A DNA stretch of 64,000 nt from Squalus acanthias (Eukaryota), in assembly GCA_030390025.1 (NCBI GenBank), contig CM059432.1, positions 104,968,001-105,032,000 of the forward strand, read 5' to 3'. Positions 37,774 to 52,400 of the stretch are shown here, in pieces; the first letter of the stretch is position 1, and each line of letters starts with the position of its first letter. Both the position numbers and the translations under genes were made by a program. The notes beneath the pieces were generated by a model that ran no database searches, had not been told where the DNA came from, and saw only the letters and a list, made by a program, of their open reading frames with translations.

Positions 37774-40700
37774 TATCTAGAACTGACCCCTGGGGAACAC
37801 CTTCCTCCAGTCTGAAAAACAACTGTTCACCATTATTCTCTGTTTCCTAGCACTTAGCCAATTCCGTATCCATGCTGCCACTGTCCCGTTTATTCCATGG
37901 GCTTCAACTTTGCTGGCAAGCCTATTATGTGGCACTTTGTCGAACGCCTTTTGGAAATCCATGTACACTACGTCAACTGCATTACCCTCATCAACCCTCT
38001 CTGTTACCTCATCAAAGAACTCAGTCAAGTTAGTTAAACACGACTTGCCTTTAACAAATCCGTGCTGGCTTTCCTTAATTAATCTACACTTGTCCAAGTG
38101 ACTGTCAATTTTGTCCCTGATTACTGTTTCTAAAAGCTTCCCCACAACCGAGGTCAAACTGACTGGCCTGTAGTTGCTGGGTTTATCTTTACATCCCTTT
38201 TTGAACAATGGTGTAACATTTGCAATTCTCCAGTCCTCTGGCACCACCCCCGTATCTAAGGAGGATTGGAATATTATGGCCAGTACCTCTGCAATTTCCT
38301 CCCTCAATTCCCTCAGCATCCTAGGATGCACTCCATCTGCTCCTGGTGACTTATCTACTTTAAGTACAGCCAGCCTTTCTAATAACTCCTCCTTATCAAT
38401 TTTTATTCTATCAAGTATCTCCACTACTTCCTCCATTACTAAGTCTATGGTAACATCCCCTTCCTTGGTGAAGACAGATGCAAAGTACCCATTTAGTACC
38501 TCAGCCATACCCTCTGCCTCCATGCATAGGTCTCCTTTTTGGCCCCTAATCGGTCCCACCCCTCCTCTTACCACCCTTTTACTATTTATATGCCTATAGA
38601 AGACTTTTGGATTACCTTTTATGTTGGCTGCCATTCTATTCTCATGCCCTCTCTTTGCCCCTCTTATTTTCTTTTTCACTTCACTGACCTTTCTATATAT
38701 AGCCGGATTCTCAGATGTATTTGCAACCTGACATCTGTCATACGCGCTCTTTTTCTGCTTCATCATATTCTCTATCTCTTTCGTCATCCAGGGAGCCCTA
38801 ACTTTAGTTGCCCTGCCTTTCTCCCTAGTGCGAATGTAACTCAACTGTACCTGAACTATTTCCTCTTTAAAGGCAGCCCATTGTTTCATTACAGTTTTGC
38901 CTGCCAATCTTTGATTCCAGTTTACCCGGTCCAGATCTGTTCTCATCCCACTGAAATTGGCCTTCCCCCAGTTAAACATTTTTACTCTAGATTGGTCCCT
39001 GTCTTTTCCATAGCTAATCTAAACCTTATGATACTATGATCACTGTTCCCTAAATGTTCACCTCCTGACACTTGCTCCACTTGACCTACCTCATTCCCCA
39101 GAACCAGATCCAGCAATGCCTCCTCCCTTGTCGGACCGGAAACATACTGATCAAGAAAGTTCTCCTGAACACACTTCAGAAATTCTTCCCCTTCTCTGCC
39201 CTAATCACTATTACGATCCCAGTCTATATTAGGATAGTTGAAGTCCCCCATTATTACTACTCTATAGTTCTTGCACCTCTCTGTAATTTCTCTGCAAATT
39301 TGCTCCTCCATATCTTTCCCACTATTTAGTGGTCTATAGAACACACCTGGTAGTGTAATGGCACCTCTATTATTTCTTAACTCTAGCCATATAGATTCTG
39401 TCCTTGACCCCTCCAGGACATCCTCCCTCTCCAGCACTGTAACATTCTCCTTGAACAATACTGCCACACTACCTAATATCTTTCCTTCCCTATCTTTCCT
39501 GAACACTTTATAACCAGGAATATTTAATACCCAATCCTGCCCTTTTTTGAGCCAGGTCTCAGTTATTGCCACAACATCATATTCCTATGTGGCTATTTGT
39601 GCCTGCAGCTCACTTACCTTGTTTACTATGTTTTGTGCGTTCACATAGATACACTGTAAACCCATCTTAGACCATCCTGTATTCTCTCTTAGTTGGACCC
39701 CACCTAATACCTTAGTATTTCTTACTTTAGTGCTCTCTGCATCTTCCAATGCTTTGAGCACTTTATTTCTCCTTTCTAATGTTACATCCTGGTGCCCATC
39801 CCCCTGCCAAATTAGTTTAAACCCTCCCCAACAGTACTAGCAAACCGCTTCGTGAGGATATTGGTTCCTGCCCTGTTGAGGTGCAAACCTTCCGGCCTGT
39901 ACAGGTCCCACCTCCCCCAGAACCGGTCCCAACGTCCCAGGAATCTAAAGCCCTCCCTCCTGCACCATCTCTCCAGCTGCGCATTCATCTGCGCTATCCT
40001 TCTTATTTCTATACTCACTAGCGCGTGGCACCGAGAGTAATCCGGAGATTACTACCTTTGAGGTCCTGCTTTTTAATCTCTTTCCCAGCTCCCTGAAATC
40101 TGCCTGCAGGACCTCATCCCTCTTTCTACTTGTGTCATTGGTACCAATATGGACCACGACCTCTGGCTGTTCACTCTCCCGCCTCAGAATGTTCTGCAGC
40201 CGCTTGGTGACAACCTTGCCCCTGGCACCAGGGAGGCAACATACCATCCTGGAGTCACGTCTGCGGCCGCAGAAATGCTTGCCTGCTCCCCTAACTATCG
40301 AATCCCCTACCACTATTGCTTTCCCACTCTTCTTCCTCCCCCTCCCCGTACAGCTGAGCCACCCATGGGGCCGCAGACTTGGCTCTGGCTATACTCCCCA
40401 GAGAACCCTCGCCCTCACCAGTACTCAGAACCGAATACTAGTTGGAGCGTGAGATGCACTCAGGGGACCCCTGCACTACCTGCCTGGTCCTTCTCTTCTG
40501 CCTAGTGGTTACCCATTCCCTTTCTGCCTGCACACTCTTTATCTGCGGGGTGACCACCTCCTGAAACGTGCTATCCACGAAGCTCTCAGCCTCATGATTG
40601 CACCGCAGTGACGCCAGATGCTGCTCAAGCTCCTCCAGCTGACGACACTTCCTGCACATGTGATTGTCCAGGACACGGGAAGCGTCCTGGAGTCCCCACA

Positions 40701-41600
40701 TGGCACAGGATGTGCATTCCATCGGACTGAGCTGCCCTGCCATGCCTTTACTTAATAGACTATTAACTAGAAACACTTACCAGCTACTCACCAATCAGCT
40801 CCTTCCCCTGGTTGTAACGGCACCACGGGTGGCTCAGCTGTACAGGGGGAGAGGAAGAAGAGTGGGAAAGCAGTAGTGGTAGGGGATTTCAATAGTTAAG
40901 GAGCACGTCAACCTCATACAGGTTTTACCGCTGCTGCAACATAAATGAATTGGCCCAGCTACTTTTCTTTGTTAATGTTTTACGCAATATACTGCTCAAT
41001 ATAGGAGTAAATAATTTGTGATCTTTTTAAAAAGTAGCTTTTTAGTTTTTTCTGGTTTTATACTTTTTCATTGGTCTGATTATTTTGCTGCAGGGGCACG
41101 CTTACTTTGGGTTGTATTTTCCCCATCAAAAAAGCGGAGTAGGGCTCATTTTTCCTGTCCTCTCATGCTTCAGTCCATCGGAATCTGTTACAAATTCAAA
41201 TTCTTTCCCATATCTATTTGTTTCTTTGTGAGGCAAAAATGTCGGTTTTTAAATCCTGGTCTCCGCTGTATGCATGGGAGCAGACCGGTCTGGCACATTT
41301 TCACAGCTGCTCTGTATCGATCGACAGGAGGGGCACTTTTCCTCACCTCTAATGTGGCGTTTCATTCAGAGAGCCAACCTAGAACTTGTTAAACTCGTTC
41401 ATTAAGAACTGTTAAGTCTGAACATCAATGAAAGTTTTGATTTCAACCCAGATTAAGGGTGTGGGACTCCAATAGTTTGCATTACCAATCCAATATACAT
41501 TATTTCATATCTGAAATGCATAATGAGACTGAAGTCTAAACTACCACTCAGATGCATTTTCAGCATTTGACACAGTGGTTCAAAAAATATAAGGCATTTT

Positions 41601-42310
41601 AGGGGAAAAATTTGGTGGCGCCCCCTTTGGGGCGCTAACTTGCCCGGGGCGCTACTTTTAGTGCCCCGAAAAAAGTTAGCGCCCCAGCACCTTAAATTCA
41701 GTGGCAGTGCCCCAAGCAGGAGGTAGGGCGCTACTGGAAGCGCTCCCCCTCCTTCCTGGGGCGCTACCATTGAATATCGCGGAGCTACGTGCAACAGCGC
41801 CACGCGCGTCGGCACACAGCACCTTGGTATTGCAGGCCTCCCTCCCTTGATTAAAGGAGAGGGGCCTAGTGCAGCGCGCACCGGGGCCCTGCTGGACCAC
41901 CGGGGAGCCGGGTGCCGGGAAAGCAGCCCGGCACCCAAGAGGAGTGCCGGGCTGAGTGATCGCGGCTGGCACCCCAATGAAAGAGGGGAAGGGGGCAGGT
42001 ACTGGCAGGTGGCCAGAAAAAAAAATGGCCGCCCGACACCTGCCCCTTTAAATACCGCTGCCATGGCTGCACAAACGCCACTCTGACCCTGTTGGACATA
42101 TCGTCCGATGTTAGGTCAGGGGGGCGCAGCGATGACGTCATCGCCGGAGGTGCAGCGCCGCGGGGCTCTACCGTCTATCGCCGCCGCTAACCTCCCATTG
42201 AATCTCGTGGGAGGCGTTAGCGGCGCCGCTCCCGGGTGCTAGGGGCTTTGCGTCCTGTTAGCGCCCCCCGGGGGTGCTAACGAGGCACAAAGCAATCCAA
42301 TTTTTCCCCC
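41601..42310. mobile_element. GC-rich Harbinger-type MITE related to the 59847/60751 elements
   Basis: Ends aggggaaaaatttgg / ccaatttttccccc, flanks ttt/ttt, and gcgccc-ggggcgct subterminal motifs. Confidence 0.8.
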
Positions 42311-45300
42311 TTTAAATCCAAATAAATACATAGAAGGTTTAATCCCTAATCTGTGTTAAATTAGTTGGTCTCAGCAGAAAGGTACATTTGAAAATGAAAG
42401 GATCTGCTGGTCCACCAAGCCTATGTCATACAGTTAAGTTGCAATTGATTATCTTGATCCTCAATGCCTCAATTTCTCTCCAACTCTGAAGGCAATCAAA
42501 ACAAGCTCCATGAGACACACCGCCCAATACCCCACCTACCTTTTGTACACTGATATCAGCTACAGCCAGGAACTCATCCAGCTCCTTTTTGAACACTTAC
42601 CGCAAATACACACTCACCACACAAGCCGGCAACTTGTTCCAAAGGTTGATGACCCCTTGCAAAAAGAAAAACCTCCCCAAGCTGGGTACAGGAAAAAATA
42701 GCTAGGGTTCCCACTTCTGCACTATGTGGGTGTCAGAGGAGGACAGGATCAGGTTCAGCTGTGATACCCTCCATGGAAAAATAGCCTGTCTAAGCTCACA
42801 TGTGAAGAATGGTTGTTTGGACGGGGACTACCGGCATGAATGGAACCAAACTTCAGCATGAGCAAGTGATTTCAAAAGAGGAGAGGAGAAGAGAACATTG
42901 GAATAAAAAAGCAAGTATTACAAAATGTGTTGGAATTTCAATGCATGATGGAATAGTAAGATTTGCCCTTGGGATTCTCTACATAGTGAATTCTTGATTT
43001 CAGGCACAATATCAAGTGGAAGCACGGAGATGAAAGCAGGTAGAAAGGAAAGGAGGGAGATAAAAATCAAACTTCCAAATGGTTAGTTGCAGAGCCACAG
43101 TTACGAGAAGCCTGACATTGGTTTGCCTGCCTGCTGTTTTAGCCAGGAGATGATTCATGCTGCAGTGAAGGGGAGCAAATACCAATAGCTTACAAAGAAA
43201 GGAAAGAAAGTGCAGAGCAGGTAGTTTATTTATGTCCAGGAGTTTTGGCTTGAAAACCCAGAGTGTCTGAATGTAAACAAACCACCCTCACAAACAATGC
43301 CCTTTTACACTGTTCTTCAGCTCCTGTGTTACAATACAATAGAACAAATTTCCCTTTTATAGATGGGTGGCTTTGTTATCGATAATGAATAACAAGAAGA
43401 CTATAAAAGTACAAAGTCTGGGAGGGTGGTAGTGGTAGGTTTTTGTTCAATCCTTGGTGATCTAATTGGAAGGGGAGGAACCACTGCTAGATGTGTCTGG
43501 TCTGCTGTAGGAAACTTAAAGATGTCATTCTGATTTCCAAAAAAGCCAGACAATCTGATTCCCTCACCCAATGCCACATTATATTGTTTCACATTGAGTG
43601 AGGTATTATGACTGGAGACAATCAACCTTATCGTTAATGTTAGATATACTTTTTATAATCTGTCTTGGAGGATTTCTGGGCAGACGCAAGTTTTTAAACA
43701 CACATTTATCAAAAGGTTCCCACTCTCCCCTCATTCCTATTTATTCCTAATAAAGTTTATCTCGGTTAATCTGCTGCAGGTTAGGGTTCACCCTCCGCCC
43801 CGCACCCCCCCTCCCCCAGCTAAAACTTGAGATACTTGCACCGAACTGAAATTTCTTTTTAGAGAATGCCTTCCCACCTCGTATTCCTCTATGGATACTA
43901 AATGTTCTCCCTGTGACACAGGCCTCATTGTCCATAATTCATTGTAATTACAAAGTTATGACAAGTTTCTGCGAAATAAATAAAAGTGAGCATTTGAAAT
44001 TTGAAAGCTGTCCAAATATTCAGGTCTTTGCAAACTCAATTCCAAAAATTATTCTTGATTACCCAGACACATGCACAAATCTCCCTTGACTACTAGAGAG
44101 CATGGCTGCAGTGCCACATCTAATAGACTACCAATCATCATCACCATGTATCACCATGCACCTCCCATATACTACATAGACTTCGCTGTCATAATGGCTG
44201 CTTTTTAATTCACTGGATGATCTTTAATAGCCTTGATATTTGGGAGGAATTATCCAAGTTGTGGATTCAATAGGAACAAAAAAACAAGAGTGGTGTGGAA
44301 GATTTTTTGTGTTCCAGTTTTCTCCCCTCTTCTCCTGATGGTACTACCACTTACTAGGACTCCACAGCATGGCCATCTCTCAAATACTTTGCCCAAATGT
44401 CAGGCCCTTACCAATTATGCCCTGTGCCGTAGCCCAGAGGTAATTCTGGGGGTGGGGGGGGAGACGGACCTGTGCTTGTTTTAGGCCCATAAAAAGGATT
44501 AAATTTAGACCCTAATATTTCAGATGTTGACATTGTGCTACTTTATACTGAATTAATTTAACATTTTTAAAAACTTTACTGCATGCAGTGACTATTGTTA
44601 TATTTATATATTTGGTGCTTCTCGACTATTCAATTAATTCAACAGAATTTTTTACTTGCCTTGGGTTTTTTGTTTATAATAGAGTTTGACATTGTTTAAA
44701 AAGTTCATCGCTCTACTTTTTTTTTCTTAGCGAAGATAATTATTCATTCACATTTTATATAATAGTTGCAGATGAACCATACTTCTGCAGTGCAATGAGG
44801 TGTGGTTCACAAGATAATTACAGGGGGATAAATACTGTTCTCTGCAGCCACGACCGGGAGTTCCAAAGGCTGTATTGCCTGCCCAATGCCAGGGTTGAGG
44901 ATATCTCCACGTGGCTGGAGAAGGATTTGGAGTGGGAGGGGGAGGATCCAGTTGTCGTGGTCCACATAGGTACCAATGACATAGGTAGATCTAGGAATGA
45001 GGTTCTACTGAGAGAGTTTGAGGAGCTAGGATCCAAATTAAAATGTAGAACCTCAAAGGGCATAATCTCTGGATTGTTACCTGAGCCATGCACAAATTGG
45101 TATAGGGAGAAGCAGATCAGAGAGTTAAATGCGTGGCTCAAAGAGTGGTGTGTGAGGAAGGGGTTTTGATTCATGGGCACTGGTAGCAGTACTGGGAAAG
45201 AGGGAACTGTTCCGCTGGGATGGGTTCCACTTAAATCGGGCTAGGGCCAGTGTCCTGGCGAATCGAATAACTAAGGCTGCATATAGGGCTTTAAACTAAA

Positions 45301-46949
45301 AAGGGGGGGGGGGAGAGGCGGTCAGGTGAGGGGAAATTTAGAAATCTAAAGAGTAAAATCAAGGCAATGGAGCAGTGTAGCAATTTGGGTAAAGATAAGC
45401 AGAGTGTGACAGGAAGGGACAGAGTTTAACAGTAATAGTGAATCAGCAAATAAGATGAAAGCAGGGAATAATGGTAACAAGTTAAAATTAAAGGCTCTTT
45501 ATTTGAATGCATGAAGCATTCGTAACAAGATAGATGAATTAGTGGCACAAATAGAGATAAATGGGTTTGATCTAATAGCCATTACAGAGACGTGATTGCA
45601 AGGTGACCAAGGTTGGGAACTAAATATTCCAGGGTACTTGACATTTCGAAAAGGCAGGCAGAATGGAAAAGGAGGGGGGTAGCCCTGATAATAAAAGATG
45701 ACATAAGGACAGTAGTGAGGAAGGATCTTGGCTCGGAAGATCAGGCGGTAGAATCAGTATGGGTGGAGATAAGAAATAAGGGGCAGAAAACACTGGTGGG
45801 AGTACTTTATAGGCCCCCTAACAGTAGCTATACCATTGGACAGAGTATTAATCAAGAAATAATAGGTGCTTGTAACAAAGGTAATGCAATAATCATTGGG
45901 GACTTTAATCTTCATATAGACTGGGCAAATCAAATTGGCAAAGGTAGTTCATGGAACGCATTCGAGACAGTTTTCTAGAACAATGTCATGGAACCAGCCA
46001 GGGAACAGGCTATTTTAGGTCTTGTATTGTGTAATGAGACAGGGTTAATTAGTAATCTCATAGTAAAGGATCCTCTGGGGAAGAGTGATCATAATATGAT
46101 AAGTATTTCATTCTCAAATTCACTGTGAAATTCTAAGGCTGAAACTAGTCTTAAACTTAAACAAAGTCAATTACATAGGTATGAGGGGCTAGTTGGCTAA
46201 GATAGATTGGGAAATTAGATTAAAAGTTATGACAGTGCATAAGCAGTGGCAAACATTTAAAGAAATATTCCAAAATTCTCAACGAATATACATTCCATTG
46301 AGAAATAAAAACTTCATGGGAAAAGTGATCCATCCATGACTAACTAAAGAAGTTAAGGATAGTATTAGATTAAAAGAAGCGGCTTATAATATTGCGAGGA
46401 ATAGTAGTAAGCCTGAGGATTGGTAAAGTTTTAGAAACCAGCAAAGGATGATCAAAAATTGATGAAAAGGGAGAAAATAGAATGAGAGTAAACTAGCAAG
46501 AAATATAAAAGAGATTGTAAGAGCTTCTACAAGTATGTAAAAAAGAGAGTAGCAAAAGTAAGCATTGGTCCCTTAGAAGCTGAGACAGGAGAGATTATAA
46601 TGGGGAATAAGGAAATGGCAGAGACATTAAACAAATATTTTGTATCTGTCTTCACAGTAGAAAACACAAAAAGCATACCAAAAATAATGGGAGACCAATG
46701 GGCTAATATGAGTGAGGCACTTAAAGTAATTAAGATCAGTAGAGAAAAAGTACTTGAGAAACTAATGGGACCAAAAGCAAAAAAAATCCCGTAGACCTGA
46801 TGGCCTACATCCTAGGGTTCTAAAAGAGGTGGCTGCAGAGATAATGGATGCATTGGTTGTGATCTTCCAAAATTCACCAGATTCTAGAACGGTCCCAGCG
46901 GATTGGAAGGTAGCAAATGTAACCCCGCTGTTCAAGAAATGAGGGAGAG

Positions 46950-49219
46950 TAAAGGATCCGCTAGGAAAGAGTGATCATAGCATGGTTGAATTTCAAATTC
47001 AGTTGGCGGGTGAGAAAGTTATATCTCAAACCAGTGTCCTGATTTTAAACAAAGGCAATTACAGTGGCATGAGGGCAGAACTGGCTAAAGTGGACTGGAA
47101 AAATAAGTTAAAGGGTAAGACATTTAAGGAGATATATCATAACTCTCAACAAAAATATATTCCAGTGAGAAAGAAAGATTTTAGGAGAAGGGAACACCAT
47201 CCGTGGCTAACTAAGGAAGTAATGGATGGTATCAAATTGAAAACAAAGGCATATAATGTTGCCAAGATTGGTGGGAGACCAGAGGATTGGAAATTTTTAA
47301 AAACCAGCAAAGGATGACTAAAAAAAGAGATGAATAATTATGAGAGTAAACTGGCAAGAAACATTAAAACAGATAGTAAGAGCTTCTACAGGTATATAAC
47401 AAGGAAGAGGGTAGCTAAAGTAAACGTTGGTCCCTTAGAGGATGAGACTGGAGAATTAATAATGGGGAACGGGGAAATGGCAGAAACTCTGAACAAATAT
47501 TTTGTATCTGTCTTCACGGTAGAAGACACTAACAACATCCCAATAATGGATAATCAAGGGGCCACAGGGAGGGGGGAACTAAAGACAATCACTATCACTA
47601 AGGAAATAATACTTGGTAAAATAATGGGACTAAAAGATGACAAGTCCCCTGGACCAGATGGCCTGCATACCAGGGTCTTAAAAGAAGTAGCTGCAGAGAT
47701 AGTGGATGCATCGGTTGCAATATACCAAAATTCCCTGGACTCTGGAGAGGTCCCAGCGGATTGGAAAACCGCAAATGTAACACCCCTATTTAAGAAAGGA
47801 GGGAGACAGAAAGCAGGAAACTATAGACCAGTTAGCCTAACATCTGTCGTTGGGAAAATGCTGGAGTCCTTCATTAAGGAAGCAGTAGCAGGGCATTTGG
47901 AAAATCATAATGCATTCAAGCAGAGTCAGCATGGTTTTATGAAAGGGAAATCTTGTTTAGCAAACTTGCTGGAGTTCTTCGAGGAGGTAACGAGCAGGGT
48001 GGACAAAGGTAAACCAGCAGGTGTGGTGTATTTAGATTTCCAGAAGGCATTCGATAAGGTGCCACATAAAAGGTTACTGCATAAGATAAGAGCTCACGGA
48101 ATTGGGGGTAATATATTAGCATGGATAGAGAATTGGCTAACTAACAGAAAGCAGAGAGTCGGGATAAATGGGTCATTTTCCGGTTGGCAAACGGTAACTA
48201 GTGGGGTGCCACAGGGATCGGTGCTGGGGCCTCAACTATTTACAATCTACATTAATGACTTGGATGAAGTGACCGAGTGTAATGTAGCCAAGTTTGCGGA
48301 TGATACAAAGATGGGTGGGAAAGCAAGTTGTACAGAGGACTCAAAGAACCTGCAAAGGCATATAGACATGTTAAGTGAGTGGGCAAACATTTGGCAGATG
48401 GAGTATAATGTGAGAAAGTGTGAGGTTATACACTTTGGCAGGAAAAATAAAAAAGCAAATTATTTTTTAAATGGAGAGAGATTACAAAATGCTACAGTTC
48501 AGAGGGACCTGGGGGTCCTTGTGCATGAAACACAAAAAGTTAACATGCAAGTATTGCAAGTAATCAAAAAGGCAAATGGAATGTTGGCCTTTATTTCAAA
48601 GGGGTTGGAGTATAAAAGCAGGGAAGTCCTGCTACAACTGTACAGGGTATTGGTGAGACCACACCTTGAGTACTGCGTACAATTTTGGTCTCCTTATTTA
48701 AGGAAGGATATACTTGCATTGGAGGCAGTTCTGAGACAATTCACTAGGTTAATTCCAGAGATGAGGGGGTTGACTTATGAAGAAAAGTTGAGCAGGTTGG
48801 GCCAATACTCATTGGAATTTAGAAGAATGAGAGGTGATCTTATTGAAACATACAAGATACTGAGGGGGCACGACAAGGTAAATGCAAAGAGGATGTTTCC
48901 CCTCGTGGGGAAATCTAGAACGCGGGGGCACAGTTTTAGAATAAAGGGTCGCCCTTTTAGAACTGAGATGAGGAGGAATTTCTTCTCTCAGAGGGTCGTA
49001 AATCTGTGGAATTCTCTGCCCCAGAGAGCTGTGGAGGCTGAGTCATTAAATACATTTGAGGTGGAGATAGACAGATTTTTTCAAGATAAGGGAGTGAAGG
49101 GTTATGGGGAGCGGGCAGGGAAGTGGCTTTGAGCCCAAGATCAGCCATGATCTTATTGAATGGCGGAGCAGGCTCGAGGTGCCAAGTGGCCTATTCCTGC
49201 TCCTATTTCTTATGTTTAT
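46950..49219 (+). mobile_element. Younger 5'-truncated CR1 nested in the host CR1, with a 600-aa RT ORF at 47330-49132
   Basis: Complete RT motifs (QGSVLGP, KFADDT) through the 3' tail. Possible short gagag duplication at the junctions. Confidence 0.9.
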
Positions 49220-49444
49220 GAGAGAGAAAACAGGGAACTACAGGCCAATTAGCCTGACATCAGTCATTGGGAAAATGCCTGAATCCATTATTAAGGAGAT
49301 GGTAACAGGACACTTAGAATATCATAACATGATTAGAAAGAGTCAACATGGTTTTATGAAAGGGAAATCATGTTTAACACATTTATTAGAGTTTTTTGAG
49401 GATGTAGCTAGCAGGGTAGATAATGGGGAACCACTGGATATAAT

Positions 49445-52400
49445 GGGCTGGATTTTGACATCTTTTGTCATACCCATTCACTTTAAAGGACCTTCAAATA
49501 ATCAGGTTAAATTAAAATTTTGTCGGCCCGCGAGATGATGCACTCCAGTCCCCGCAGCGCCCACCTGTCCCGGAAGGCCTTGAGCTTGCCGGCGGACACC
49601 GCGTGCTCCATCTCCAGGGCCACCCGGCCGCAAACATAGCCACGGAAGAGAGGCAGGCAATTGGGCCGGACGACCCCCTCGACCGCCCACTGCCTGGACC
49701 TATTAATGGCCACTTTGGCCAGGCCCAGGAGCAGTCCCAGGAGGAGGTCCTCCGACCTGCCCGCTCCCCTCCGCACCGGGTGACCGTAGATCAGAAGCGT
49801 GGGACTGAAGTGTAGCCAAAAATCGAGGAGCAGCCCCTTCAAATAATAAAACAGGGGCTGCAACCTCTCACACTCCATATACACATGGAACACGGACTCC
49901 TCTAGGCCGCAGAAATGGCAGGCGGCCTGGGAGTCCGTGAACCTACTTAGAAACTTATTGCACGGGACTGCTCCATGCAACACCCTCCAGGCCATGTCCC
50001 CAATAGAAAAGGGGAAGACTCCCGCGTAGAGAGCCCTCCATTGGGGACCTCCGCTGGACGGCAGGATGGCATGCCGAGGTGTATCCGGTCGGTAGGCGAA
50101 GATGACAGAGTGGCGAGTGTGCAGGAGCAGCCCGTACAGGAAACCCCACTGCGCAGAGCTAAAGGGCACGGAGGGCATTTCCCCGAGAAGGCTCAAGTTG
50201 TGAGGCGCAGGTTCCCGAGGGGGGTTTCGGTGCCGCGCGCTGATGAGGAATTCCGTCCGAACGGGGGTCAGCCCGAGCCCGGCCGCGGGTCTTGGTGTTT
50301 CCGCCCCGGCGGTTGCGGCCACGGGCCCAGGTACGAGGCCCCCCCACTCCCAGAACTCACAGCCAACTTCGCGAGGTATGCAGGTGCGAGCTCCGGCAAC
50401 TCGTCGTCGATGTCTTGCTCCACGAGGAGACCCGCCTTGAGGTGCTTAGTCTTCCGCTGCACCTTCCCCCCGCCACCCCCCCCCCCGCCGGAGACGGTGG
50501 TGACGTTGACCTCAGACGACGACCGCGCATCAGGTGCTGCGGGCGCGTGGGCTGGATCAGGGGGGATAAACGGTGGCGGCACCAGCCTTGGCCGCCTTGG
50601 ATGTTCCGGCGGCCTTGGAGGCGTGGCAGTTTTTCCGGATGTGCCCCACCTCCTTACAGGCGTGGCACCGCACACCGTCAGACGTCCAAAAGACCCGGTA
50701 GGCGGTCCCCTCGTGGTTTACTATAAAAGCGCCTTCTGTGTCCTCCTCCCGCACCAGCTGCACGGAGAGCTGGCGCCGGAAGGAGAAGACGTGCCGGAGG
50801 CTGGCCTCCCTGCAGCCGAGCGGAATCGGCGTGATCCCCGACCTCACCTCTCTCAGTTGACGTAGGTGGGGGAGGAGGAGCTCAGCCCAAAACAAAGGGC
50901 GGGACGTTGGATATAATGATTCGCTGCGCGGTGGCCTCAAGCGGATCCACCGGCAGGAAGGTCCCGCCCACGGTGAGCCCCTTTTCGATGGCCAGGGACA
51001 CCGCCCGCTCCGACCCCAGGAAGAACACAGCCTTCCCGTACATTTTCGAGGCGGCGACGATGGCTGAAGGGCCGACAACCCCAGCCATGGCCTTCACACA
51101 CGCCTCGATGGTCATGTTGGGGTGAGTGTAGCTCTTCACCTGTGCTTTTTAGTGACTAGGCGGAAAGGCGACGGGGCAGCAGAAGCAGCGGGATTAGCCG
51201 TGGCCGTGGCTGCCACACCCGCGTATGACCTTGCCGGCCCCGCCGCCGATGATGGGCTCGCCATCGTGGCGTTACCTTGTAAAGGGCTACACTCACCCCA
51301 AGTCACAGGCCTGATGGAAATGGCCTTGGTTGTTTGTTTCTTTTTCCCCCTGAGCAGAGGGAGCTTTTTAATAGGTGAGGCACACCTCTCCCCTTGTTGA
51401 CTGAATTGGGAGAGGGGCCTTCTCCCCTCTGCTCAGTAGGCAATTAATAAAAAGTGAGGTGCCTCTATAGAGAGTGAGGTGCCTCTATAGAGAGAGAGGC
51501 AGAGAGAGACAAAGAGAGAGAGAGAGAAAGGGGGTGGGAAGGAGGGAGGCCGCAGGGGCTGGGTCTCCACTCGAGATGGTGGGTGGGTGCACGCGGGGGT
51601 GCACTCTCCGATGTAAAAGAAAAGAAAAGTCTTTGTTGAATGTCTCCTCTTCTGGTGGGGGGAGAAGATGTCTTCACCTGGGAAAAAAGCAAGCTGGAGA
51701 TGCCCAGGCTCAGTCCACCACCAGGTCTTAACGATGTTTGAAATTAGATAATTAGTTGAGGACTTCGCCTGGGCAGCTCCAGCTGTCCCAGGTCAAGCAA
51801 TGAGGAGGGGCGTTTACTGGTGGTGTGTGTGGCCTAGTTTTTTTGCAAGAGACACACACACACACCCCAGGATGTTTTTCTCCTTCTTTTCCTCCCACCA
51901 CCTAAATACAAAGTCTCTTGGAGAGTGCACCTTTACACCCACCTGTAGTTGTTTTCCAGATGGCTCTCCCTCCTTCCAAGCAGATGTTAATAAGGCTTGT
52001 TCCTTCTCCTTCCCTCTCTCCCTCTCCTTCAATGGAGACCAGTTGGGGAGGTAGTGATGGGATTAGCTTCCCTGGTGTTGGTTTCTCTCCTCTCTCCTCT
52101 GGCACCTCAGTAGCAGCAGCAACAGCAGTGCTGGATGTGGTCTCCACTCTCTCCTCTTCCTCCTGTGCACGGAGAGCAAGACCTCTCCTCTCCTCTCCTC
52201 TCCAGGCACCTCTGTAGCAGCAGCAGTAGTAGCAGGCGCTCCTCCTCCTCACAGAGAGACACAGACAAGTCCCCTACCAGCTCCTCTACAAGGGCGACTG
52301 CTCCAGAGCTCTGCAGCCAGGAGAATGCACAGGTAACAGCCACTGCTCCACGCCCCACTCGTGCAAAGAGTAGAGGAGTCAATTCAACCTGTGAGTCTGG

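Larger units (their letters stand above)
34776..40810 (-). mobile_element. Near full-length degenerate CR1 LINE (ORF1 Zn-finger/SGNH esterase, ORF2 APE-RT), split by a Penelope-like element
   Basis: ORF1 CTSC/CRKC, VGDSIVR, VHIGTND, GLHLN. Endonuclease ITETWL, MGDFNYP. RT YMDFQKAFDKVPH and KFADDT on either side of the insertion. catagaat tail at about 34777. Confidence 0.95.

Noticed and set aside
40905..44821. A single 3.9-kb insertion (Kolobok-like ttaagg start) splitting one plus-strand CR1
   Set aside because: 40817-40905 matches the minus-strand CR1 family through gagca, not the 44822 family. No matching TIR or TSD found.
49975..50865. 296-aa plus-strand ORF
   Set aside because: Antisense to GC-rich Tx1 coding sequence, with no recognisable domain.
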